A stretch of 64,000 nt of DNA, from the NCBI RefSeq assembly GCF_009914755.1, contig NC_060936.1; one strand, 5' to 3'. The notes under the pieces are model-generated. The model saw nothing but the letters and a program-made list of their open reading frames with translations. It was not told where the DNA came from and did not search any database. The DNA is from the human T2T-CHM13v2.0 reference genome, Homo sapiens. This document shows, one piece after another, positions 29,037 to 44,012 of the stretch (position 1 is its first letter; every line of letters begins with the position of its first letter). The position numbers and the translations under genes are program-made.

Positions 29037-29330
29037 GTGAGTGTGGTGGTTTATGTCTGTAATGCCAGTACTTTGGGAGGTCAAGGTGGGATGATTGCTT
29101 AAAGCCAGGAGTTTAAGTCAATCCTGGGCCACAAAACGAGACCTCATCTCTACAAAAAATTTTTCAAATTATCCAGGCATAGTGACACATGCCTGTAGTC
29201 CCAGCTATTCAGGAGGCTGAGGCAGAAGAATCATTTGAGCCCAGGAGTTGGAAGCTGCAGTGAGCTATGATAGTGCCACTGCACTCTAGCCTGGGTGACA
29301 GACCCAGATTCTGTCTCTAATAATAATAAT
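29037..29330 (+). mobile_element. AluJ
   Basis: Diverged dimer with J-type features (ttgagcccaggag, gctgcagtgagctatgat) and a (TAA)n tail; starts 60 nt after an exon donor. Confidence 0.9.
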
Positions 29331-29689
29331 ATTTTATGATAACATTCTTTGGGTTCATTCATTCAATGAATATGTATGCCTAATTTGTATAAAATACATG
29401 AACTGAGAATTGTGGAGCAGCAAAACAAGTATAGAACCTTGACTTCAAATAACTTCAATGAAATAATATGTGATAAATGGACTATCAGTGCCGTGAAGTG
29501 CTCTAGAGTTTTAGAGGAGTAAGAATCATTCCCGATGCAATAATAAAGTTTCAAGGAGAAGAGGGCATCTGAGCCGAGCCTTTAACACTGAGTAGGATTA
29601 AACAGAGGTGGTCTGGGGAAGTGTCTCAACAATATAAGAAAATTTATGAGTGAGAAAAACCAAAAAGAAATAGTATTCTTAAAATTTGA

Positions 29690-30147
29690 ATATGTTGCTG
29701 CTGTGACAAGTTACCACACACCTGGTGGCTTTAAACAGTACATATCAATTTTCTTTCAGTTCTGGAATTTAGAAGTCTGAAAAACAGGTTTTATGGAATT
29801 AAAATGAAAATGTTAGTGGGCTGGTTCTGGAATCTTTTCAATTTCTAGAGGCTGCTTGTGTTCCTTGGCTTGTGGCTCTCTTCCAGCGACACAGTGGCAC
29901 ACTTTGACCTCTGAGTGTGTCATCACATCTTCTTTGGCTCAAATTCTGACCCTCCTGCCTCCCTCTCAGAAGGGCTCTTGTGATTACACTGTGTCCATCT
30001 GGGCAATTTAGGATAATCTCACCGTCTCAGGATTCCTAATGTAATTTTATCTGCAAAGTCTCTTTTGCCATGTAAGGTAACATATTCAGTTTCCAGGGAT
30101 TAGGACATGAACATCTTTTGGTAGGGGGTATTATTCTGCCTATCACG
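29690..30147 (-). mobile_element. MaLR LTR (MLT1C-like)
   Basis: gctgctgtgacaagttaccaca...cagttctgga...tctgcaaagtctcttttgccatgtaaggtaacatattca...attctgcctatcac. Confidence 0.75.
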
Positions 30148-30262
30148 GGGATCTAAGAAAATGTGCAAGGACACAGCTCTGATGGATCTCAGCATTCTTG
30201 TGAGGTAAGAGTTTGGACGCCAAGCCCAAGTTGTTAGAAACTAAAACTAAGCCTTAGAGAGC

Positions 30263-30301
30263 TTGTTAGTCAGGGTTCTCTAGAGAAACTGAACCAACAA
30301 A

Positions 30302-30332
<31 letters not shown>

Positions 30333-30698
30333 CTGTGTGTGTGTGAGACAGAGAGAGAAAGAAAAGAAGAAATTTGTTTAATTGGCTCACATGATTGTGG
30401 AGGTGCAAATCCAAAATCTGTAGGGTGGGCTGGCAGGCCGGAGACCAGAGGAGATTATTTACCATCTGAGTCCCAAGACATTCTGCTCAGAGGTCAGTCT
30501 TTGTTCTGTTCAGGTATTCAATTGATTGGATGAGGCCTACCCATATTATGAAGAGTAATATGTTTTACTCAAACTCTGCCAATTTCAATATGAATCTCAT
30601 CCAAAAAAACACTTTCACAGAAACATCCACAATAATGTTTGACCAAATACAGGGGCACTGTGACCCAGCCAAGTTGACAGACAAAATTAACCATCACA
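30263..30698 (-). mobile_element. ERVL LTR (MLT2B-like) containing a (TG)n tract at ~30304-30345
   Basis: Termini ttagtcagggttctctagagaaac... and ...gccaagttgacagacaaaattaaccatcaca are typical of MLT2. Confidence 0.8.
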
Positions 30699-30902
30699 AG
30701 AGTCGTGAGGAACTAAAAACATTGTGAAGTACAATGCCCCTCACCACTTTGGTAGATCTTGGCCCTCCTTACTAGACTAGCACATTGTTCTTCTTACTAT
30801 TTTTTTTCACTTTGAAATTGTAAAATGTAAACACACTCAGAAACATCCACAAAAGAAAATTGAACAGTTCAAGGGTAAATTATAAGAACACCCATGTAAC
30901 CA

Positions 30903-31370
30903 CGCAGTAGTTTCAAAACATGTCTGAAAATGCTTTGCCACCCTCCCATCAAGAGGAGGCAGCTTGTGTCCCAACCTCTTGATCCCAAGAGGGCTTCTGT
31001 CATTTGCTCATCAAATAGAATATGGTGGAAGTGACCCTTTATGACTTCCAAGATAGGTTAGAAAATGCCACGCACCTTCTAACAATTTCTTTTGGAATGG
31101 TCACTGCGGGAGCCTTCAGTTGCCATCTTTCAAGCTGACCTACCCTGAGTCTGCCCGGCAGAGAAACCAAAAAGATCAAATCCGAAGAGAGATATCTAAG
31201 GAACAGCAACTGTTCCAGTCCCCAGCTGGGACTCCATCCCCAACCACCAAATGATCACAGTTTCATCAGAGATCCCAAGCAGAACACCCAGCTGAGCCCT
31301 CTCGAACACCTGAACTAAGAGATAATAATAGAATGACTGGTTTTAGGCCAACAATGCAGTGATAGCCCAT
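30903..31370 (+). mobile_element. MaLR LTR (MLT1G/H-like)
   Basis: ctcccatcaagagg...aatagaatatggtggaagtgac...gacttccaagataggtta...cccagctgagccc. Confidence 0.55.
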
Positions 31371-32026
31371 TTCCAAGGTTCATGGATTTTTATTGTTGTA
31401 TAATATTTTATTATACAAATATATTAGAATTTATCTGTAGATACTTCTCTACATAGACTTTTGGAATGTTTCCAGTTTGGGGCTATTACAAACCATACTG
31501 TTATGAACATTCTTTCACATGCATGACTCAGTATCCCCATGTTGTTCCTATACCCAGGAATAGAATTTCCAGATTGTAGGATATACTTATTTCAACCTTA
31601 TAATGACCAGTTTGTTCTCTCATTTGCAATAAATACATTTTCCAATTTTCTATACTTGGTCTTTTTAATCTTTTAAATTTGGGCCATTCTGGTTGGTGTG
31701 CGTCTCATTGAACTCTTAGCTTGCATTTTCCTGTTGCTATTGAGCTTGAACACTTTTTGATATGTTTTTTGGTCATTCGGATATCTTCTTTCATGAAGTG
31801 CCAGTTCATGTCTCTTTACCATTTTTCTATTGAATAATTTAATATTCATTTATTGATTCATTTCTTGGTTGAAATTGTTGGAAGGTGTATTTCTTCATAT
31901 ATTCTACTCTGTACCTTGTCCCTTTGCTCTATCATGTCTTCTGATGAATAGAAATGCTTAATTTTAATGAAGTGAAATGTATCAATATTTTCTTAGTAAG
32001 AACATACCCTACCTCAATGTCATAAA

Positions 32027-32887
<861 letters not shown>

Positions 32888-34194
32888 AGATGGCTGCTTA
32901 ACTTTACTTTCAACCTATCTAACTTACACATTTAAAATTCGACTCCCTTCTAGTAAAGGTTTGATTGCACCCCACAAATCTCTCTATACAATATTGTATA
33001 TACAAATTTGATATACAATACCATATTTTCTTTCTTATTCTTTCAAAATATTTATAAACTTTTCATTGTGATTTCTCTTGTGGCCATGGATTTTTAGGAA
33101 ATACTTTTTAATTTTTTCAAATATATTTAGCCTCTTTTTTGTTATTTCTAGATTAAGTATGTCAGAGAATACACCTATAGTTTCAATTTTTTCTAAATTT
33201 TGCAATGTTTTATGATCCTAAATATGGGCAATTTCGGTAAAAATTCCATGCATGCTTTAGAAGAATGCACCCTGTAGTTGTGAGATGCAGTGTTCTACAC
33301 GTGTATATTAGTGCAAATTGTCATCTTGACTGGTTTTTGTTTGTTTGTACCAGTAGAGGTTTATAGAAATATTCCACTATATTTATACATCTAACTACTT
33401 CTCATTATCTTCCTGTTAATTTTTGCTTTATATATTTTGTGACTGTTATTAGGATCACTTACATGGAGAATTGTTATATTTTTCCCATTATATTGAAATT
33501 TTCACTAACGTTCACGTGTCTCTCCTATCTCTAACGATGCCTTTTGTCTGAAAAATCTTTCTTCTGTATTACTAATATAGCCAAGCCAGCTTTATTTTGG
33601 CTAGTGTCTGCATGATACAACTTTTTCCATTGCTTTACTTTCATCATTTCATATTTTTCCATTTCAATGATCACTCTTATAAGCAACACACAGATGGGTT
33701 TTTTTCTAAATCCAGTAACATAATTTTCATCTTTTACTTGTACTGCTTAATTATTTACACTTGCTACTGTCATTGATAAATACATGTGTGCATGTGTCTA
33801 TGTGTATATGTTATACTCAAGTCTATCACCTAATGCTTTTTCTCTTTTCTTCCATTCTTTTTTTAAATTTAGTATTTATTTTTCCATTTTGTCCTATGTA
33901 ACCTCAGTAGTTATAAACTCTTCTCCTGTTAGGAATTACCATAGACATTAAACTATGTGTCTTTGACTTATTTAAGTCTAAAATAAATTAGAATTTTTAT
34001 GAATTTCCCAATGATACAAGGTCCTTAGAGCCCTATGCCTATTTAACCCACTTGTGTCTTATATTATTTACAAATAATGTACATCTATATCTGTATCTAT
34101 AAACTGAAGTAGTTATTATTTTTAATTCATATAATCAACTTTTTTTAGTCTTTTATTCTTCAGGGATATTTTTGCTGACAATACTATTTTAATA

Positions 34195-34440
34195 GCAATT
34201 ATATAAAAATATATATATTTATATATAAAGTTATATATCATACGGCCTTATTGTAATTATATAAAATATATATAAAGCGATATATATAAAGCTATATATA
34301 ATATATAATAAAGCTTTATGTTATTAAATATAAAATTTATATAATAAAGCTTTATATAGGTAGCTATATCCATATATCTGCTGATATATATAAATGTAAT
34401 CTGCTGATATATATAAATATAATCTGCTGATACATATCTG
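34195..34440. repeat. AT-rich low-complexity tract ending in a 23-bp-period minisatellite
   Basis: atctgctgata starts at 34376, 34399 and 34422; ataataaagctttat occurs twice upstream. Confidence 0.85.
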
Positions 34441-37129
34441 GTTTTGTTTTTTTGCACTTTTACTATAATCTACTCAGATGTAATGTTGTTACTTTTATCA
34501 TGCTTGAGCTTCAGAGGTTCTTGAATTTGTGCTATGATGTCTTTCATCAGTTTTGGAAAGTTTTCAGACATTGTGACTTCAAATATTGCTTGTACCATTT
34601 CTTCTCTTTTTCTAGGACTGTAATAACATATATGTTAAACCTTTTCACTATATCCTTTATGCCTCCTACTCCTTACTCTTACTCCTGTATTTTTTAATTA
34701 TTTTGTTTCTTCATGCCTCATTCTGAGTAGCTTCTTCTGACATAACTTCTGGGTTATTAATTCTCTTTTATCTGTGTTTAATATGTTATTAAACTCATTC
34801 TTTGAGTTCTTAATTTCAAACATTATGTTTTTCAGTTTTATGATTTCCATTTTTATGTGAGTTCCCCATTTTTACTGAAAATCTCAGCCTTTTTTATTAT
34901 ATCTGCAAATAGTAAGCATAGTTATTTTTAAATCTTTCTTAAAACGCCACTATTGAGAATCACTGCATGTATGATTCTAATGTGTAATGTTTCTACTGAT
35001 TTTCAATCATGTAGTCTTGTTCACTTGTGAGTTTAGTTATTTTCTTTTTTTATTGTGGCCAGATATTATACTGCAATATCCTTTGTAGAAATAATTTACC
35101 ACCTAGGTTACTATTATCTTAGTGTGGAAAAGAATTAAATATAGGGACATTAGCAATCTGAGATTGCCAAAATTCAATTGCAGCAATTCAGATTATTCGA
35201 AACTGAACTATAGCCTTTGTGAGGGCCTCTTTCTGGTTCATCCTTATTCCTCAGATACAGCCATCTGGGGTCCAGACTCAAGGAGAGGCAGATTCACCAG
35301 AAGCCTACCTGGCAGTCCTGGCTTCAATTTCCTTTTCTCCTGTGTCTGCAAAGTGGTCAAAAGTGCTGCTTAACTTCTCAGCCTCTCAACTGCTCCCACT
35401 TGTGTGAGTAAACACCCACAACAGAGAAGCAGTGCCAAATCCTGGACCCACATTCCTGAATTTGTGCCTTCCTTCCAGATCCTACCCTGGTAATTTTTCA
35501 TTATCTTGTTGGCTGTCTAACACTTTCCAGCAAAGTTTAAAAAGCAAATGTCTAGCTGTTTCAATTATTCTCATTAGGATATTTGGACAAAATGGCCTAA
35601 CCTACTATCACCAGAAAATGGAGTCTAAAACTGCAGCCATCACCCAAGCTACCCCTGGTTTTAAGAGATAGCTGCCATTTTGCTTCTCCGTCTCTTTCTT
35701 GTGCTCTACTACAGCCATTCTCTCATAGGTTGCTATTGTAGGGTCTCAGTCTGTGGTCACTTTCCAGCCCAAAAAGTATTAAAGGATTTCTTATTGGGCT
35801 GTTTGCTGCTACCCACCAGTGGCTCTGAGAATAGCCTAGAAAATTGAAGGGAAATGCTAAACCCTAATTCTGTCCCATCTCACATGTGGATCAAAAAAGG
35901 CTTTTAAGATCACACAAATACACACACGTACTCTATATATGCACAGAACATACAACTTCTGAATGCTAAAAGGAGCTCTAATTTTCTTTACTGTTAGGTT
36001 CTCATATCATCATCCTGTATGAAGGACTCATCTTATTTGAGATGAATGCTACATTTCATAGGGAGGCACCAAACTAACAGAATATTCTAGATTTCTTGGA
36101 GAGACACAGGATCTTTTAGTGATTTATCTGAAACATTATCCTTAAAAGTAAAGAGTACAAGGCCTTTTGGATTTTTTGCGTTTTGATGTAAGAGTGAAGA
36201 ACAGTTATAGAATATTTTTAGCTAGTCCTCAGATCTTGATAACTTTAATGTCACCCATGAGAACCCATTTCTAATATTAACGCGACTAGTCAATAAGCCA
36301 CCATTTTTATAAAGAAAAACTTATCTGTAACATTCAGTTTGCTAGTTACTAAAATGCCTATTATCAAGTTCTGAGTGAATAACAGAAGCACATGTACTGA
36401 CTGCATCTAGAATGGGCTTCTTGATTAGAATACTAAAAACCCCCTCCTTTTTCCCTCCCCATACCACTGCCCCAATTGTGCATCTTTGATTAGGGCATTA
36501 ACAGGTCATTCCTAGACTCGACTCTGCAGTCTTGATTAAATGCTAGCAGCACTTGGGTTATACCTTGACTTAAGAGACATATATATAATATCATGTTGCA
36601 CATACAGACATATTTCAAAGTAAATTACAGGCATTGTAACAGTAGGAAAACAGCTAACCCCGTAACTAGAACTTACTAAAGGGCAAAAGAGCTTTATTTT
36701 TTTCTCAGCTGTCAGTTCAACAACATTTCTTTTCCACTGGATCTTGGGAAAGCCTTTAGATGAAATTACATCTCAAGTCATGGTTTAAATTTCTTTTGTT
36801 ACATGCTATATAATAGATTGAATCAGTACATATAAAAAAAACTTACTGAAATTTAAAAATATATCAATGCATATATACAAAATAGCCTCCTAATTGTAAA
36901 ATAGACTCACTGACTCAGCATGTTGGCTTATTGCTGTGCCTCCTAGTTCAGTAATATTGTGGTTTAATGATAAATAGATGTACTTAAAGAAGAAAATCCT
37001 AGGTCATAGGGGTCCTAAGCACTGTTAGAGAAAACCTGAGCTGTCAATCAGGACTGCATTAGATTGCATATAGTCAGGAGCAAGAAGAGGTGAAGCTTTT
37101 AGATCCCTTTCAGCAGTTACTAAGAAAAC

Positions 37130-37317
37130 AAGTGGTTCTCAAATTATAGTTCCTATATGGTGCTGGGAACCTCACCTTGAAACTGATATAAGAATGTTAA
37201 ATATTGGCCCTATCTAGAGCTACTAAATCAGAAACTTAAGAGGTGGGACCCAGCAATCTTTGTTTTTAACAAGTCCTCCAGAAGATCTCAATACATGGTA
37301 GTATTTGAGAACCATCG
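37130..37317. mobile_element. MER5A (hAT-Charlie)
   Basis: TIRs agtggttctcaaa / tttgagaaccatc; internal aatcagaaact..gggacccagcaatct..tttaacaag.cctcca. Confidence 0.8.
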
Positions 37318-39907
37318 TCTCAGACAATAAATATCTTCCCATTTATTTTTCAGTTTAAATATGGTCAGTCATTTGGCCTCCAACATAGCAGGTACTCAAG
37401 TATTCTATTATATTATTGATTCTTAGCAAATTTTGATACAAGAACATTGTGCTGCAATATTATTTCAAGGCTGGTAGACTCTCAGCTGGAGATGCTATGT
37501 TGTGTCAAAGGGCAACTGCCTGAGCACCTAAGGAGGTGTACTCAACTAATTCCAAGTGAGGTAGAGAAGGCATCCCAGATGGTATGGCATTTAAGATGAT
37601 ATTAAAGGGCAAGTAGCAGTTGGTAACTGGAAATCGGGAAAAGTCGTGCTAGGCAAAGAGAACTGCAAAAACAAAACATTATGGTTACACGCTTTCTCCT
37701 GTTTAGAAACTTAAAGAACAAAATGACTATATTTATCTCTATTTTTACCCCATGTCTAGCACTAATACTCTTACCAATGTTTATTAGTGTTTTTGAATGA
37801 GTAAATGAATAACAAAATCATTAGCACATACTAGCCTATAAAACTTCTGCTGCTATTGAAAACCTAAGGGACTGAAAGATTGCATCTGAGAAGTGATTAG
37901 CCATGGTCTCTAAACTTGTTTATTCTTATATCTTATCAAGTTTTTATTTAAATAATTGCTCATGGTTCCAAAATATATAACTCATTTAAATATATTTTAT
38001 ACACAAACTACTATACAAATAGTGACACACATTTTAAAACTTGCAGAAAATGAAAAATTTAGAAAAAGAAGTTTGAATGTTATTACAAAATAAACATTCA
38101 TAGTACTTTTAATATTTTCCTTCACTTCAGTGCATAATCCCACATGAAGGTCATGACAGACACCTCTGGCATTGTAGAGAATGATCGTGGGAATCCTCTT
38201 CACTGCCAGCTCTGGGGTAGGCTGCACTGGTTGCCTAGTGCCATGCCCAGGAACATTGCCTGGCCATGGGCAGAAAGGATGAATGGTAATAGCACACCAA
38301 ATCATGACTGTGCCCTCCAGAAAGATCACTCAGATTATGTAAATCACATTTGTAATGTATCTGTTATGAGCAAAGGGAAAGAAATGAACAGTATGTGCTC
38401 ACTCACTATGAAGATAGAATAGTGTAATAGGGAAACAGAGTATAATAATATTAGTAGTAGGAGGAAACAAAGAAGTAAAATAAAATAATTGTTGAAAACA
38501 CTGTTAACAAAACAATAGGAAAGCAAGATATTGTATGTGCATTCTCAATATAAAATTATATAACATGTCTTAATCTATTTGCCTTTCTGTCTCAGTCAGT
38601 GGAGAATGAATTATGACTAAGGCTTCTGCCCTAGAGAATCAAGGAAACTTAATTCATCACATTGGGTTCCAAGTGATTTTTGCATGTTAAAGAAGCACAT
38701 AGAATGTTGACATCTTAATGTCCCTCACTGATGCTGACATTCTCTGAAGGTCACGTCTGTTCATTTATACTGTAGTCAAGGGCTGTGGATATGGCAGTAG
38801 CTGTAAAGGAAAGTGCTAAGGGAATGGTGGATGGATTATTATCTTTGCATGCTGAGGGCTGTCTTACTGATTATAATAAAGCAGTTTGGAGACAATACCT
38901 GTGCAACAACTGCTGAAATTGTCAGGTTTGGGCTATGTAAGCTGAGGCCAATAAGTGCAAAGTAAAAAGGCATCTGATTTCTGGGACTGGTGTGAAGAAG
39001 GTGAATATTGGAAGCAGCAGACTTTCAATAGGAAACTCCTAAATGTATCTGCTATGAAATCTCACAGGATGGGTTAAGATAGAAGTATTAGCAGAGGGCT
39101 GTCATGAGAGCAGAAGGCAAAGAAGCCAGGCATGCACAGGCAGAGAAGGTTTTTTGTAAAGGTGTACACAGCACAGCACGGCAAGGCTTAATGAATATTG
39201 TTGCCCATCATACTCATTGCTGCATGGGGACATAAGACCAAAACCACCAAACATAGCTTTTGCTGTTTTTGTCACATCCACATTTACAAATGTGCTAATT
39301 AAAGTACTACCCTAGAGGCCCTGAGGAGAGATGTTTTCGTCTTGTTTTGTGTCTCTTTTAATCTCCATTGGTCAGTATTTACGGAAAGCAAGGCTAAAGA
39401 AATTCCAGGCACTACATTGTTTTTATATTGAATTGAATTAAAATCTAATGGGAGAAGGCATTTATATCATCAAACATGAAGTACTGTTGTGAAATCACAT
39501 AGCCTAAAAATACTCCAAGTGAGAATATTTCAGCCATCTTCTAACACTGGAGTTTCAAGGAGGGGAATCCTGTCTTGTTCCATAATAGTCTCATACTAAA
39601 AGAAGCTAAAATTATAGATATAATAGCTTCTCCCAAGGTATCATCCTGGTAATTAACGTAGTTGATTTTGCATAATGAATATTTAGGGTACCATACCTTC
39701 CTGAGATGTACAATCTACATCTCACTTATTATTTGCCCTTTCTGGACTACAAAATAAATAAAGTAGTGCTATGTTGATAGCTGCCAAATCATCAAAAATT
39801 AAATGTGGACAGTGAGGAGCCTCGGCGTATTAGCTGCCACATTGAAAATCACTGTCTTAGTCATTCAACAAATGTTTATTGATTGCCTACATTTTATACT
39901 CTCTGGC

Positions 39908-40096
39908 CAGGGGTGCCAAAATAGTACCTGGTAACCAATTGTTTTAGAATAAACTGGGAAGGTTTTAAAGGGATTGTTCAGAGCCCCATCCTTAAACATG
40001 CTGGTTCTAAAGGTAGAAGGTGATATATTAGGTATCTGTCTTGCATTTCAATAATTCTAGTGATTCAGATGCACGACCAGGTCTGGGAAACTCTAC
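39908..40096. mobile_element. MER5-family fragment
   Basis: tgcatttcaataattctagtgattcagatgcacgaccaggtctgggaaactct resembles the MER5B end. Confidence 0.45.
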
Positions 40097-41771
40097 CCCA
40101 GAAAGTAGGAAGCTGAATCAGACACAATGCTGCCATGAGAAGCTTACAGTCTGTGTCTATATTCTGTCTATGTTGATATGCACCAGTGGCTTCATAAAGT
40201 CTTTTATAACTTCACACGTTGGGTTTTTTTTCCTCCTATATTCCAAAGGAATTTTATGGGACTTGGGATAATATTCATTATATGAGTTATATTGTGATAG
40301 AACAGTAATGATGTCATCAGATGTTGCTCAGCATTAATAAGCAGTGTGATCTGACTAATCACTCATGCTCTCTGTGTTGCATAATGTAGTCAGATTTTAA
40401 CTATCTGCAAGTAAGTTAGTCCTCATGAAAGCATTATGCATCTCCATATGTTTATGGACACTTGCCTAAGTCAGTTTGTTTATATTCAAGAAATAAAAAC
40501 ATAATTTTAAGATTAAATGAAACATTATTGGCCTAAAGATCACATAAATAATTCCAAACCAAATCATGTTATTTTCAGATTTTTAAAATCTTGTATTACC
40601 GATACAGCTCCCTTTCTTCATATATATTAACATAGTTATATCTACATAAACATTAGAATTTATGTAGTCTATATGCCATAAATATTTTTACTATTTTAAG
40701 TGATATGAACGTCTTAGATGTTTTCATGCATTCACAAATTCTCTTTTCTCTTGTTAATAAAACAAGAGATTTAACTTGAATCTATACTATTTATGCTGAA
40801 TACTTCCGTAATAGAATAATCTGCATCTCTGATTCTAGAAAAATTCTCCTAAAATGTTTTTCACATTTTATAGTTGCTAGTCTTATGACAACATAGGAAA
40901 AGTAAAGATAATCCTATACGCTTCTACACTAAAACACACCCCAATTTTAGTTACGTGATATATTTATTTATAACAATTATAAAATTATTTAATATCATTA
41001 CATAACTTGTAAAGACTTTAAATTTTTACTGACACTATGTGTAACACTCTTGATTAAGAGCTTTAAGTTGGTTGCAGACAAGAAATTAGAGAGATTAAAA
41101 ATAATGCAACATATATTTTACTCTCATTGAGTTTACAGTACTGTAATAAATACAGACATGAATATAAATAACATATGACAGTGAGTGGAAAAATGGAAGA
41201 AAAGTAGAAAATGTAGCTTTAACATGAAATCGTACAACCTTAACTTGCTAATATGAAATATTATTATGTGCCCTTCTAGTATAATTCTTAATTATAAGCA
41301 GTCTTACTTTTGCCAAGGGAATGAGATAAAGAGACTTCTTTAAAGGCCAGAATTGGTTAAGTTAGATGGGCAAGAGGTCTCTGGGGATTTGTTCTAAAGA
41401 TACAAGAGCAGCCCAGGTGGAGGGATGCCTATAAATCTCTGAGATCTCTCTGTCTGTTCCTCTGTCTGTCTCTCTCTCTCTCTCTCCCACACACATGCAC
41501 ACAACTGACAAAAGAAAATGGACTATCCTAATACCTCTTCTGATGGAGTTGATCAGTTTAGACATCCTCGTTCCATATCCACCTGGCTTGTCTTTTAGCT
41601 TCACTCTTTTCCTCAAAATGGATTTAAGCTTTTTTTCTTTCAGTGTTTGTAGTTCATTTAAGTTCATTCTTGTCGTGCTAACAAGAATTCCTTTCCTTCT
41701 TAAAATTTTGCTCTGTTTTGGTGGAATTGTGTTGTGGACTAAATAAGATCTTTATAAAGAATAATAGAAAC

Positions 41772-42149
<378 letters not shown>

Positions 42150-43479
42150 TTAGCTGAGATATTCAAACAGCTGTTGTTTTTAAAAATTTTAAAGCCATAT
42201 TCACTGTGAGCTTTAGCTCTTCTCAGTACTGTTGTTCATTACCAGAAGTTCCCTAAAATAAGAAATTGATATTACTTAAGGTTTAAGCAGTGTTATTTTT
42301 TTAAAGCAGAAATCAAATGTCAAAATAAATCCAAATGGATAAATCCTATCTTAATCGTGAGCATATGTTTCTTGTTCCCTGCTTGCTAAACCCAGATGTT
42401 AATTACTACATTTGTGACGACATTGCTCTTTTCTTATTTGGAGCTAGCTGAGATTATGTTGCACGCAGGATAAATGTCATATGTGTACCATCAGTAAAGC
42501 CAAGATTACTTTACACAGTCTACTAAAATGTTGATGACATTTTAAACTAGAATTGTAAAGGATTCTTTAAAAGTTCACTATTCTTCATAGTGTCATTCTT
42601 CCATGTAACTCTAATATGAATATAGTGGGTGGAACTACATTAAAGACTGGACATTCTGACACACTGCTTTATAAAAAAAGCAATAAAATAAAATTACTGT
42701 TCAACTTTGATTTAAAACTCTTATGGAAATTCGTTTTTAAATTCACATTTTTACAGCACTTCATCGTGTTTGAGAGAGACAGATTTAGCTTATTGTTTTA
42801 ACTCACTAAAGCTAAATCTTGCAGCCAATTCTAGATGTTGGCTGACCAGTTAATAAATGGGAATGCTCACTGAGCTGTTTTTAGAGAAAGAAAAAATTGA
42901 TCTTGCTGTTATATTACATTACTTCTGGCCTTTGCAAGTACTTTAACTCTGTAGTCTTTGATAACAAGAATATGTTCAGATGACATAGGAAAAGCACTTA
43001 GGTTTTAAGTAACTTTGAATTGATCAACTCTCTGAAAAAATCAATCATATTAAATTGTAAATGACAACATAATTGGCAAACAAAGTATCTGAACTTAAAC
43101 TGTAAACTGATGAAGATTTTAATTTAAAATTATTCAGTTGGGTTTCAAATTTGTTCTTTATTGATTGCACTGTTAAATTTAAAAGCACATTATTAGACAT
43201 TGAAAATCCTATATTAGATAAACATATCTACTCTGACAGTGAAAAAAATACATACATAAAACCTCATAGAGCATTTCATTTAGCTTAACACATTTAGCTG
43301 AGTCATTGATACCAAAGGACAGTAACTTTAGATCCCCTAAGAAAAATCCCAAACGTTTATTTATTTATTCACCAAATATGTAATGCTCTACATAGGAGAA
43401 GTGTTCCAAATATCTAACAACTCTTAGTGCACAAGCACTGACCTAGTCAGGATGATTGCCAACCACTAATGTGCCTTTA

Positions 43480-44012
43480 TGGACTGACAAGCTTGCACTG
43501 GCTGAACATTTACTGTGATGGCAAAAACTTGGGAATGGAGAGTGGGGCAAGAAGGAGTTTGAATCTAAACCCACTACATTTGAGTTGCCTATAAGGCTTC
43601 CAGAGACGTCAAGTAGGAAGGTGGATTCATGTATCTCAAGTTTAGGGGGGAAGTTAGGCTGGAAATACTGATAATGCAGTTGTCAGCAAATAATTGATTA
43701 TCAAAGGCATGAGACAGGATAAGATTACTTAGGGTGAGAGTGTAAATATGAAAAAGAAGCAGTCTGAGGACTAGACTGTGCAGAACCCCAATTTTAAAGC
43801 TTGAAGAGATACAGGAGAATCAACAAAGGAGGCTGAGCAGGAGCAACCAGTTGGACACCAGAAGACTGTGGTGCCTGGAATTTCAGAGAAAAGCATATTT
43901 CAAAGAAGAAGGGATAATGAGCTGCGTCAAATGCTACTGATGGTCAAAAATTGAGAATTGACCACTGGATTAAGCAAAAATGGGTATGATTAGTGAAATG
44001 AAGAAAAACAGT
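43480..44012 (-). mobile_element. L2 fragment, split by the L1 and resuming at ~51200-51400
   Basis: tttgagttgcctataag..gacgtcaagtaggaaggtggat..tcaaatgctactgatggtcaa..gagaattgaccactggatt; L2-like sequence continues after the second TSD. Confidence 0.7.

Noticed and set aside
34376-34440. CRISPR-like repeat array
   Set aside because: Head-to-tail 23-bp minisatellite without unique spacers, in a primate intron.
37997-38526. Overlapping ORFs of 60-110 aa in non-repeat sequence
   Set aside because: No recognisable domain or splice context; lengths are compatible with chance.
40300-40370. Cluster of CRE/AP-1/E-box-like motifs (atgatgtcat, cagatg, tgctcagca, tgactaat)
   Set aside because: Short degenerate motifs cannot be told from background without conservation or chromatin data.
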